DNA from: Octopus vulgaris
Taxonomy: Eukaryota
Reading direction: 5' to 3'
DNA length: 64,000 nucleotides
Assembly (NCBI GenBank): GCA_951406725.2
Contig: OX597825.1
Coordinates: forward strand, 88,536,001-88,600,000
In this document: in pieces, positions 53,171-64,000 of the stretch
How positions within the stretch are numbered: the stretch's first letter is position 1
Layout of the letters: every line of letters starts with the position of its first letter
Notes under the pieces: model-generated
Told to the model about the DNA's origin: nothing
Seen by the model: only the letters and a program-made list of their open reading frames with translations
Database searches by the model: none
Position numbers and translations under genes: made by a program

Positions 53171-53353
53171 TTGGAGGAAATATTGTTTGCCAAAATAACA
53201 TAGCAGTCCTGGCTTAGGAAGAATGTTGCTGTAATTTAGCCCCAGGAGGCATCGTCTCCAGCTGGTTATACGATGTCTCCTGTGGCTAAATTACAGCAAC
53301 ATTCTTGCTAAACTAGGACTGCCATGTTATGTTGGTAAATAATCTTTACTCAA
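53171..53353. repeat. hairpin / small MITE-like palindrome with about 85-bp arms
   Basis: AAGAATGTTGCTGTAATTTAGCC pairs with GGCTAAATTACAGCAACATTCTT; loop of about 14 nt near 53263. Confidence 0.85.
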
Positions 53354-54243
53354 AAGTACTGTTGCTCAATATCTCTCGTTGTGAGATTTACAAATAGTAA
53401 TTTTCTAAATGCAGACTTGTGAATGCAGCAAAAATTTGATTGAAAGACAAGAATAGTTAATGATGGAAAGGTTCGCGGTTTATGAAATTTAGCTTCGTTT
53501 CGTGATTGATATTAAACGAGTGCAGAATAGAAAAAAGGCATGTAATAATCAAGCCCCGGGATTTTGAAGAGACTTGATTTAATCAGTGAAGCGAAAATAA
53601 TACGAAATTGAAAATAATTATTTAAAGTTCAGAGTTTATACGTAGCCATTTATTGTAGCTCTCCCGAGTCTTGCTCTCTATTTTGAATTTCAGTACCATG
53701 TGCCCTCACCATCAAAACTTAAAGGATTTAAGTTGAAAATTCAATGAAGCAATACATTCTGAATTATTAGGATATTTACGAAGAACCCAAACAGGTCCCT
53801 CTATGTAGAGGAAAACCACTGAAATGCGCAAAGTGTATATCTGATGGAATATATACATGCAGTCTAGTGGTGCAGATCACTGCAGCCAGCCTTGCACGCT
53901 AATGTATGGATTGTATTACCATGTGATGTGCATCAATAGAATAAAAGGTATGTGCATATGCTATCAGAGATGCGAATGTCAGTGGCATTACTCTATCGAT
54001 ATAACAAAAACTAGAGAATCGGTTCCTGTCATCAACTGTTTCATAGGGAATTCACTGTGTATAGAGTTGCCTAGGAGAGTCTTTAACTTTGCCAGCACTA
54101 CCTCAATTTGCTTTCTCCTAGTGTGCAACTTGTTATTTCCACAAATTTTTTTATTTATTTATGTGGACAATCTATAATGGATTTGCCACTGTATATGTGG
54201 TTGAAAGGAGCAAGAAATTAGGAGGAATTAATTATTTAGTGCA

Positions 54244-54290
<47 letters not shown>

Positions 54291-56154
54291 AATGATGCGA
54301 GATTATTATTGATTTTACGTATCGATTATGAACAAGGATTTCATACTGGAATATCTATAGTTCTCTAAAAATGATATTCACGTGTCTAATTCAATAATTT
54401 GTTTTACATGTTCACTTCCACGCCAAAATATAATCGCTCTCAATGTTTTGTCTTATATTTTATGCAGACGATATCTAGCGTTTGCCCCCATCTTCTAAAG
54501 AACCTTATGTCTTTGTATAACTTTAGTCTTCTTCAACTGCTAGATTAGTTTGCCAATGAATTGGAAAACGTTTTGTTAACTAGATAGTCTGCGTATATCT
54601 GGCTTTGAAAGGATTATCTTCAATGGTAAAATATATTGTTCTGTGTCACAGGTGATTCATAAATCGGCAATTTCGCTCAATTCGTTCAAAGAGGTGTTGA
54701 TGTCTAAGAGAACCTAAACAGTATTTCACGATTACAAAATCCCGAGAGTTGGATGAATTGTGTAACTAAATATTCTACAGTTCTAAACCAATCCCCTTTG
54801 CTGCTAAAGCATTCGGGTCTTACTATAAATCTATCTCGTTGGGATTCTTTTCTCACATGATCAAATCTACCATTCGTAAACAACATAATTCGTCATATCA
54901 ACACGCATGAATATTTTGCCAATATTTTGAAGGCTGTTGATTGTTAATTTTATTCATTTTGAAAATATTACTGTAATTATAGATTCTGGGGCTTTTATAA
55001 GCATGATTAAGTTGTCTTCAAATATTTCCGGCTTTGATTTGTGAGGTGAGATTTTTATTGTTTTGAAGTCTAATTTATCATCCTTACAGGGATTCACACA
55101 TCTTTATCAATTTCTTCCCCTTTGTCTCAACATAATTTAAGTTTTCAGATTTACCGGAGGGGGAGACAGAATCTTTTTTTTTCCGTGATGCGTCGATATT
55201 TTCATCGAGCGTGTTTGTGATTTTTTTTCATTATTTATTGTGATTCTCAACCATATTTATGGAGAATATTTGGTTTCCAGCTGCACAGTATAAATGGATG
55301 ATGTTAGGTTAGTTGAGACGAAGAGGATAGTGATTAATGTAAACGAGCAGTAGATTATAATAAATTGATTTGGACGAGCTATTTCTCATGCTGTGAGACT
55401 TTGCACATGAATATGCACCATTAAAGGATTTTCATAGCGAAAACTAAACAAATATATACACGAATATACATGAGAGAAAACACATTTCACATAGGCAAGA
55501 CAAGTCTTGCATTAATTAAATAATAAAATCACAAACCAAAACAAAAGAGCAGCTGGTAGGTTCTATACGTTTTCCTTGCCAGTTAAAGGTTGCTGGCGTT
55601 TCTCATATATTTCTATTTCATTTGGAACTAAATGATGTGAATTATTCTCAAACGGAAATGGATTAATGTCCAGAGATTCTCATGCTTTATGGGATTCAGT
55701 AGAAACTTGTACACGGTCAGGCTGATGCGGACTAAATCATCATCCTATTAAATCTGTAACATCACCGAAGTTACGAAAGTTATTAACATTTCTGCAGTAA
55801 AAAGAGAAGACACCAGTTGTAAACAACAAGTTGGAAGCCAGTATTTGTTGAACGTTCCTCTGTTAACATTGCACGGAGGCACAAAAACACCAGTGATGGT
55901 GGTCGACCGAGAAGGAAATCGGGCTTGAGAGGAATTTGAAATGCCAAGATTTTATAAGAACAATTGTCTTGAACGAGGATATGCTGAAATAAGAGTCGGT
56001 GGGGCGGTATTTAGATAGGAGTACGTCCACTAGCGCTGGCTGTGGGTGAATGCAGTAATATTGTGAGCCATTCCTCTGCTAAATTCAGATTCAAATAGAT
56101 TTGAATAACAAAAACTAGGAAGGGAAAAACAAACGTTGTTCCTATTCTGTGGTT

Positions 56155-56442
56155 TTGGTATCACCGTGCCCACTGTGACCAACCAGGCTATCAGCTGTTG
56201 CTACACATCACTTGTCACAATGCGCTTGGCATTGTTTTAGCCTTCAAATGACGTCACCCCACTGGCTAAGGGAGCAGGCCAACAGAAGAAAGAGTGAGAG
56301 AAAGTTGTGGCGAAAGAGTACAGCAGGGATCGACAACGCCCCCCCCCCCTCGTATTTTCGTTCAATAAACACTCACAACGCCGGGTCTAAGAATCGAAAC
56401 CGCGAGACCGCTGCTCTAACCACTTGAGACTTATGCAGTTCC
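56155..56442 (-). mobile_element. tRNA-derived SINE (family D)
   Basis: Minus strand head CTCAAGTGGTTAGAGCAGCGG...GGTTTCGATTC gives A/B boxes; GC-richer body. Confidence 0.65.
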
Positions 56443-57229
56443 TTCACTTGTACATGAGAAGTGAGCATTAGCTGCAATAATGCTTACCTGATCACCAGTG
56501 CAGAACACGTAACTGCTGACGATCCTCCTAATTTGCTGACCATTCTTTGGCCAAATTAATGTTTACTGACTTAAAGTTTTTCCAAACAAAATATAGCTTC
56601 ATCAACGAGAATTACTTATTTCGTAAGAATTTAATCTAATATTACAGCAACAAGCGTTACTACACAGATTGCAGAATACTCATGTTTTCCACCTTGCAAA
56701 GGTTGAACCTTAGTTTGTAGACCGGTGCCATCCTTTGGACTCAGTGGCTAAATACTCCCATGAGTTGACAACCCCCACCCGTCCTGCTTCAATGAGATTT
56801 CATTTGATGACATACTCATCACGCCTTCTCATACGGCTTCTAGTTTTAAATGTCGCTATGCAATTATGATACTTGTATACACTGCAAACACCCTCACACA
56901 CCCACAGCCATACAAGCGCGCATATATACACACACACATGTATAAAAGCCAGTAACTGAAAATCACTAATAATATAAATATTAAAAAACCAAAAACGGAA
57001 CGACAAAGACCTTTCTGAATGACGTTTTGCATTGTGTTAAGTACTTTCACAAATTACAGTTATTCTCACACGTGTCCTAAGGCAGCCATTTCTTTTATAT
57101 TTATTTTATTTTATTTTTTGTGTATGTATGAACGTCAGGGAAACAGATCTGGCTTGGCACGTACCCAATGTGTCACGGGGTGGGTCAGGCCGTCTTCCTA
57201 CCACTGTGTTCAAACTATCTTCAAGACGA

Positions 57230-58620
57230 AGACAGAATAAATACCCTCTGAATTTTGGCTGTTGGAATGTGCGCACAATCTTAGATGATTATTTTAAAAG
57301 AAGATCAGAAAGTCCTACTGCACTTCTTGCACGTGAGTTCAAAAAATTATTCGTTTGATATTGTTGCGCTCTCTGAAAATCGTCTCTCCTGTGAGGGACA
57401 GTTAAACGAACCTACACATGGATATATTATCTTCTGGAGAGGGCTACCTGAGGGTCAGCGTAGAGAATCTGGTGTTGGGTGTACACTCAAGATTTCCTTG
57501 GTATCCTTCATGGTATCCTCTGCAAGTGGTAAATCTGAACGACCTATGTCATGCGACATAAAACTAAAAAATAGGTTGGTTTCTTGCCGTTGTCAGTTTT
57601 TGTGAACCAACAAAGTCTCTTCCGGATCTTTTCCTTTTGAACGGCAGATGTCATCACAATTTCTAGTTAACTAAACACTTTTAAACTTCGTATACTGGTA
57701 GAATGTGTTTATAAAACACCACTTTCTCTTGGTTTTATTGAGAAAATTCTATAGTTTGTAAGATATTCCGTCTAAAAATCCGAGCATTTCGGCAATTTTA
57801 GCCAATCGATTACCTCCATTTAGGTAAACAACATTTGCTGCGTCTAAAATTGAGATAACATCCTGTAACTAACCCTTACCCTCACCCTAGCCCTAACCTA
57901 ACCCTAAATTTTTTTCTTAATTGTTAAATTAATTTAATTGTTACGCGTGTAAAAAAACTAAAGCAATGGAAAATAATTTAAACAATTAACATACAAAATA
58001 ATTCTATTTTATACACACGCTTTCCGTATACGTACGGAAAGCGTGTGTATAAAATTAAATAATTATTTTGTTTGTTAATTGTTTAAATTATTTTCCATTG
58101 CTTTAGTTTTTTTTACACGCGTAACAATTAAATTAATTTAACAATTAAGAAAAACAAAATTAGGGTTAGGGTTAGTTACAGGATGTTACCTCAGTTTTAG
58201 ACGCAGCAAATGATTTTTGCTCAAAAGAGAGCATAGGATTAGTTAAAATTTGAAAAATTAAACTACGTTAAACAAATAAATTACAATTTTCTCAAGAAAG
58301 CCAAGAGAAAAAATTGTTTTATTTTGATACATTCTACCAGTATACGAAGTTTTAAAATGTTTAGTTAACTAGAAATTGTCTGCCGTTCAAAAGGTAAAGA
58401 TCCTCTCTTCCTAATAAAACCGTAGTTTTGTGATGAATCAGCACAATTATTAATGAAAGGACAAATTTCTGGTCATATTGGAAGATTGCAATGCACGATT
58501 TGGAAATGTCTACATTTCATGGCCTCTTTTAGGACGACATGAGATGGGAGATGTGATAAAATGGAGAAGTGCTTTTGACATTTTGTACTGATAATAATCT
58601 GCTGTTACGAACACTTTGAT
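57230..58620 (+). pseudogene. RTE-type LINE AP-endonuclease relic split by a foldback element
   Basis: LNFGCWNVRTILD...TALLARE, DIVALSENRL.CEGQL.E..GYIIFWRG...ESGVG and VVSFCEPT before 57624; LVILEDCNARFG...LGRHEMG...LLTFCTDNNL after 58411 (WNVR, QE-like and GDFNAR-like motifs). Confidence 0.85.
57624..58403. mobile_element. foldback/MITE of the same family as 4812-5691, with telomeric repeats
   Basis: GGATC...GATCC termini. 8-bp TSD TCTCTTCC at 57616-57623 and 58404-58411. Outer about 200 bp resemble the 4812 element. CCCTAA-like tract at about 57870-57907 and TTAGGG at about 58160-58175. Centre TTCCGTA-TACG-TACGGAA. Confidence 0.92.
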
Positions 58621-58639
58621 TAAGCAGACAATTAAATAC

Positions 58640-58830
58640 AGAACCGCAAATTACCTGGGAAACATTTAGTAGAGCCAAACCATTGAGTAGTGGAAGCAAA
58701 CGGTGTGAATTATGTGTTAAAGAAATTCCCTAAATACATCAAAATACGAATTAATAAACCATAGACTTCAGTGAGCAAACGTTGTGTTCATTAGTTAAAA
58801 CATATATTTAATAGAATTAAGTGATTGAAT
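58640..58830 (+). pseudogene. Penelope-like GIY-YIG C-terminal relic
   Basis: ITWETFSRAKPLSSGSKRCELCVKE resembles the I.W...A.PY....C.LC..EK motif, as at about 10030. Confidence 0.65.
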
Positions 58831-60347
58831 GAGGTGTAATACTAAAATTCGAATGGAAGTCAAGAAAACAATATCAAGTAGCGTAGCTGATTAAATATAA
58901 ATAAAAATAAACTTAATGAATATTAAACAGGAAAAAGGGAACATAATTAACTATATGCATAAATTTAATTGTAAAATTAGTAAATGAAAAAATAGAACAA
59001 TAGCTAATTATTAACAATAACATTAATAAGAGTAGTAATGAGAGCAGCAGCGATGGGGACGATAACAATAGTAACGACAATAACATACACTAAGTAACCT
59101 GATAATAAATATAATACCATTCACCACTCCAAGGAAAAATGCATTTGGTGATGACTGACCCATTCTTGGACAGCCGGTCACTTGGTTTTCTGAAGGTTAT
59201 GTTTAGATTACTTCTACCATTTGTATGGCCGTTTTGGTTGTACAACTCTTTAGTTCAGATGGATTCCAAAATGGTGTATTTAATACCCCGAAGAAGCGAC
59301 AAGTAATACCAAAATACACACCAAGAAGCAAAATTTTGTAGAGTGCACGAAATTGCTGTAGAAAACATATGTAGATGCAGAAATCGAAAGGTACGATTGT
59401 CAGAAGAGTAAAACTGGATATATAAATCTCTGTTCGCCTTGTTATTAATTTATATATGTCTGTATGCGTGTATGAATACACACACGCACACATATAGTTG
59501 ACGGAAATGATTATATATTGCTCCTATATATATATTGAAATCTTACATGTAATAGATTAGCGTGAATTCTTTTCGTATATTTATCATCCTCTAAATATTT
59601 ATTATTTTAATCATGTCACTTGAAACTTTGAATTTAATATTTTCAGTTTACTTTGCCATCATAACTCTTGAGTGCTTTGTTTTATTTACTTATTCAGAAC
59701 ACTCTATACAATATCCATGCGCATAATTTAAGTGGCTCCTCATAAAATGTATCTCCTACCTTTCCTTTATAATATTATTTTAATACCTACATGTCTTCAC
59801 ATTTTAACACAAGTTACATTAATTTCCTTTCGCTTTAAGCTTATTTATGTTGATTATAATTTTTGTTTTAATGATTTAATCTGTTCTTTTATTTAATATA
59901 ATTATAAAACAATTTACTTAGATCATATACTCCAAAACATTTATTATCTTGTTTATATATCAACGCATTAAAAATAGATCCCTAATCACCCTTCCAAAGC
60001 TTTTAATCTGCTAAGACATATTGATTAATCAATTTCATATTTCCTCTACCTCCATATTCTCTAGTTTTATCTCCAAAATCTTTTTACGTAAGTTCATTAA
60101 CACGATTAATTTCGGCTTCAGAATTATAATCCCCTTCATTTCAAACTTGTCCAATCAAACTTTTTCCCATTTAACCATCACATAAAATCTTCATTCAACA
60201 CGTTTATTTCTATTCGCCAATCTGCTTCTCCTCCTACTACTACTCACATATTCTGCCTCCTAATTTTACTTACTGCATTTTTATATTATTTTCATGTAAT
60301 GCATTTTCCTACTCTCTAGATTATATGCCTCCCCCCACCTCAATCCA

Positions 60348-60382
<35 letters not shown>

Positions 60383-60665
60383 AGAAGCACAGTAATCATA
60401 GTCTTTCAATCTTTCATGAATTTATCCTGCAACAAAATTCATAAGCGTTTTTACCTCTCAAACTCCAATTATTTATAATATCTATTGGCAGATCCACAAA
60501 TATATACATGCATTTGGCCACACACAGACAAAGACACTCTCGCGCACAGATATGTGTACGTAAACACATGCATACATAAATGCAATCACACACATGTATA
60601 TGCATACATACACACACACACACACACACAGATAGAGGGATAGATAGATAGATAGATAGATAGAG

Positions 60666-60709
<44 letters not shown>

Positions 60710-61312
60710 GCATACATATATATATATATATATCTCTGTGTGTTTGTGTGTGTGTGTAAGTGTGTGTGTGTGTCCAAAATTAGAGAATGGAGTAGATATA
60801 ATCCAAGCTACTTATGTCTCATCTCTAGCGGAACCTCGGAAGTCGTCATTATCCAAAACCGTGAGCTGCTCTTCAGGCCAAGGATGCCGTGATTTCATGA
60901 CGTTTACATTGTTGTTTAAGAGATGGCGTTTTAACTCGATGCCGAATCGACCGAAATGCTTAGAAAGCACAGTTTGAGAGGAAAACGTATTTGTGAAGAA
61001 GTAAAATAAAAGAAATATATATGGGAGCGTGTTAGTTTGTTATGGAGAAGAAAAAAGAATACGAGTAAAGTGGGACGGGTGAGGAGAGAGGGATTCGTAT
61101 ATAAATTTCAACACTAATCCTACTTGCCGCACCCGCCTCACATTCCTGTTTATTTCTTCCTTCCCTTTTTTTTTTTTCCTTTTCATATTTTTCACCAATT
61201 ATCATATTTACCACCCTCTGCGCCTGCGTGCTTATATTTGGTACTATTCTGGTCACGTGATCGAAGTTTGAGACTGATCGCATTATTTTTCCTTCAGACT
61301 TTATAGTATAAG

Positions 61313-61600
61313 CATGGCTGCTCCACAAGCAATGTGCACAAAAGAACAAAGCGCAGTGGTCCGATTTCTCTGATAGGAAGGTGTGTCAGGTGCTAAAAAT
61401 CGTTCACACGATTGGCTCCGCTTCCATAAAGTCTATGCAAGATTAGTGCCAAGAGAGTTTACTGCGGAACAAAAGTGCAAACGTCGTAAGTTTGTCGACG
61501 TTTACTCGATCGCTTCACAAAAAACGGACGACAATAGACTTTATAATCACCGGGAATGCATCGGAAGACGTACGCAAGAGAGTTACCTCTTGTGCTATAA
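61313..61600 (+). pseudogene. mariner transposase N-terminal relic, internally deleted
   Basis: MAAPQAMCTKEQSAVVRFL**EGVSGA, then HDWLRFHKVYARLVPREFTAEQK (WVPxxL-like linker). Confidence 0.7.
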
Positions 61601-62854
61601 AGCGGTTCCTCTCTAATAAATTTTTGAGATTTATCATTCCAGTTTTACAAGTAGAGTCATAAAAATCATAAACTGAAACACACACAAAAACATTTCTGCA
61701 CACGTATACTCTTATGTATGTACAGAAACAAAAGAACTGGCATAAACAGCGAGATATTATTGCTGTTATCTGACAAAAAATTTATTCAGATAATATGAAT
61801 TCAGAACCAATACTATGTCAATAAATGGGGTTCGTATTTCTATAGGAAAATCTATCAATGGAAACTCTTTATTTCAACGATAAATCAATTTATCGAGGAA
61901 AAGTGTCTGGTGTTAGTGTGAATAGTTTCCAGAAGGGGAACGTCCTTATTCGTGTACTTTTAGGCTTATCAAAATTAATTATTCATAAATTATACAATTG
62001 AAAAAAAAAATTTTGCTATAATAATCAGTAATTACTAGGCTAGTGTCACATTTACTCAGAATACAAAGGTCAAATCACTTTATGATCAATCTATTCTCTA
62101 TGTTTCCTTATTAATGATTGTCTTCCATGAGAATTCAATGCCATGAATATTGGCCTACATTCCGGCTTGGTTTCTATAAGAAACTGACCGAAGATGAATA
62201 CGAAAATATACATGAAGATGAATATGAAACAACTAGATTTCTTTATAGATTTCTTCAAAATGAATTTCTTTTAAGTTTTTCCTTAAAGGACACTTTGTGG
62301 AATTTAAATATTCTTATATGATTTGGCTGAGAAATATTTTCTGCACTGACGTAAAAGGATATAGACAATATGCACATATAAAATTCAAATGCACAGTCAC
62401 AAGTACAGTGCATTCCTTCTCTGACATGTGCACAAACACTTTGACATACGTACACACGTTCCTACACTAACATATTTATGATAAGAGGTGAATAAAGCAT
62501 GTTGTCTCGTCCAGATTACGTATCGTAGTCGCATTCTTAGAACGAATGCGACTACTGAAGTGGATTTATGAATGCGGGTGTCATTTGTGTGAATGTTTGC
62601 ATTGTATACAAATACACGTAGACTTCTATATTTTAGTCAGATGAGTAAACAGATCTCATGGGCAGTATAGGGTCCTCGAGATGTGTCAGTGTGAAGGAGG
62701 TTTCCCTCAAACTGAAAACAGGGCTTAATTAATAAATGGACTTCTATTAATGTGGCCAATGTTCCAGCTGAACCATAGAGAATAGTAAATTTACTAACAC
62801 CTACTCACATGTGTGTTTATATTCGTATGTACGTAAGTATTTCAATGTATGTAA

Positions 62855-63008
<154 letters not shown>

Positions 63009-63745
63009 GGAAGGGTGAGGTGTATGCTACGCAGTATAGGAGAATTTGCCTTTGCAAATGCAACTGAATTTGAAATATATGTACTTGTTTTTTTAAAAGA
63101 TTTATTTACATAAATACCAAACTAATTTCAACAATCTTTTTTTTATCAATTGTGTGCAATTATATATAAAACAATGGGATTTTTAGCATTTTTAAAATTA
63201 CGAGGTAGAAATCGAAGAAATGATCAAATGTTCACATAAAATTCATTGACAGAGATTGAAAGATATCAGCATAAATGTTTGGCGAAAAGTAAAATAAATG
63301 TACATTACTAAAACTTCGGTCACATGGATATTTTATAGAATCGGTGGACAAGAGAGAGAAAAAAGAAAGAAGACTGTAAATATAGATTTTTTAGTCCTGT
63401 ATGAAGTTCTTTTTTAAGTCACGTATTAATCTTTGGGAATCAGACAATCTTGTATAAATGTTTTCACGTGAAACGATCTAATTTTTGATTCGTTACGATT
63501 TTGATGACGCCTTATTCTTTCTGCTTGATGTTTTTGGTCAAAAAATAGATTTTGTTTTGGCGTTAGAGTTTTGGTTGGTTGGTTGGTTAGTTGTTTGGTT
63601 GGTTATTACCCTGTACAGAAGAGGTTTTGATTGGTAGTCGGTTTCGTGATGTCACTTTTGATAAAGAACTTGTTTTTGCCTTGGTCAAGTTTGGGCGTTC
63701 TGCTCGGTTGACATATATATATGTATATGTATGTAAGGTATATGC

Positions 63746-63776
<31 letters not shown>

Positions 63777-63826
63777 TATATATACATCCTTAGATACATT
63801 TATATATGTGTTTATGTGTATATACA

Positions 63827-63905
<79 letters not shown>

Positions 63906-64000
63906 GTATATATGTATATGCGTATATGCATATATGTATATGCATATATATAGATATTATATACGTGATGCACGCGCTCACGCACGAAAACACATACATG

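Noticed and set aside
54400-55300. Possible decayed retroelement coding sequence on the minus strand (similarly 28600-28930, 39000-39330, 47200-47540, 59120-59420)
   Set aside because: No diagnostic motif that I could read reliably; needs tBLASTx.

Overview
AT-rich, microsatellite-dense eukaryotic non-coding DNA (intron or intergenic). The repeat repertoire (OR/OK-like tRNA SINEs, abundant (TA)n/(TAGA)n/(CA)n, R4/Dong, RTE, CR1, L1/Tx1 and Penelope relics) suggests an octopus genome; this is inference from recall, not a search. I found no intact host gene or intact transposon ORF, and nearly all track ORFs are microsatellite or SINE artefacts. Notable structures: (1) a 379-bp element (35561-35939) with a perfect 14-bp TSD that joins a tRNA-like Pol III head to a minimal hammerhead ribozyme present in both orientations in Penelope-like geometry, plus several other hammerhead-like motifs and Penelope GIY-YIG relics; (2) two almost fully palindromic GGATC...GATCC elements with 8-bp TSDs whose arms carry outward-facing CCCTAA/TTAGGG telomeric repeats; (3) a mariner MITE made of two inverted 3' transposase ends; (4) many other long inverted repeats that could form dsRNA. 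Coordinates were read by eye and ends of decayed repeats are approximate.
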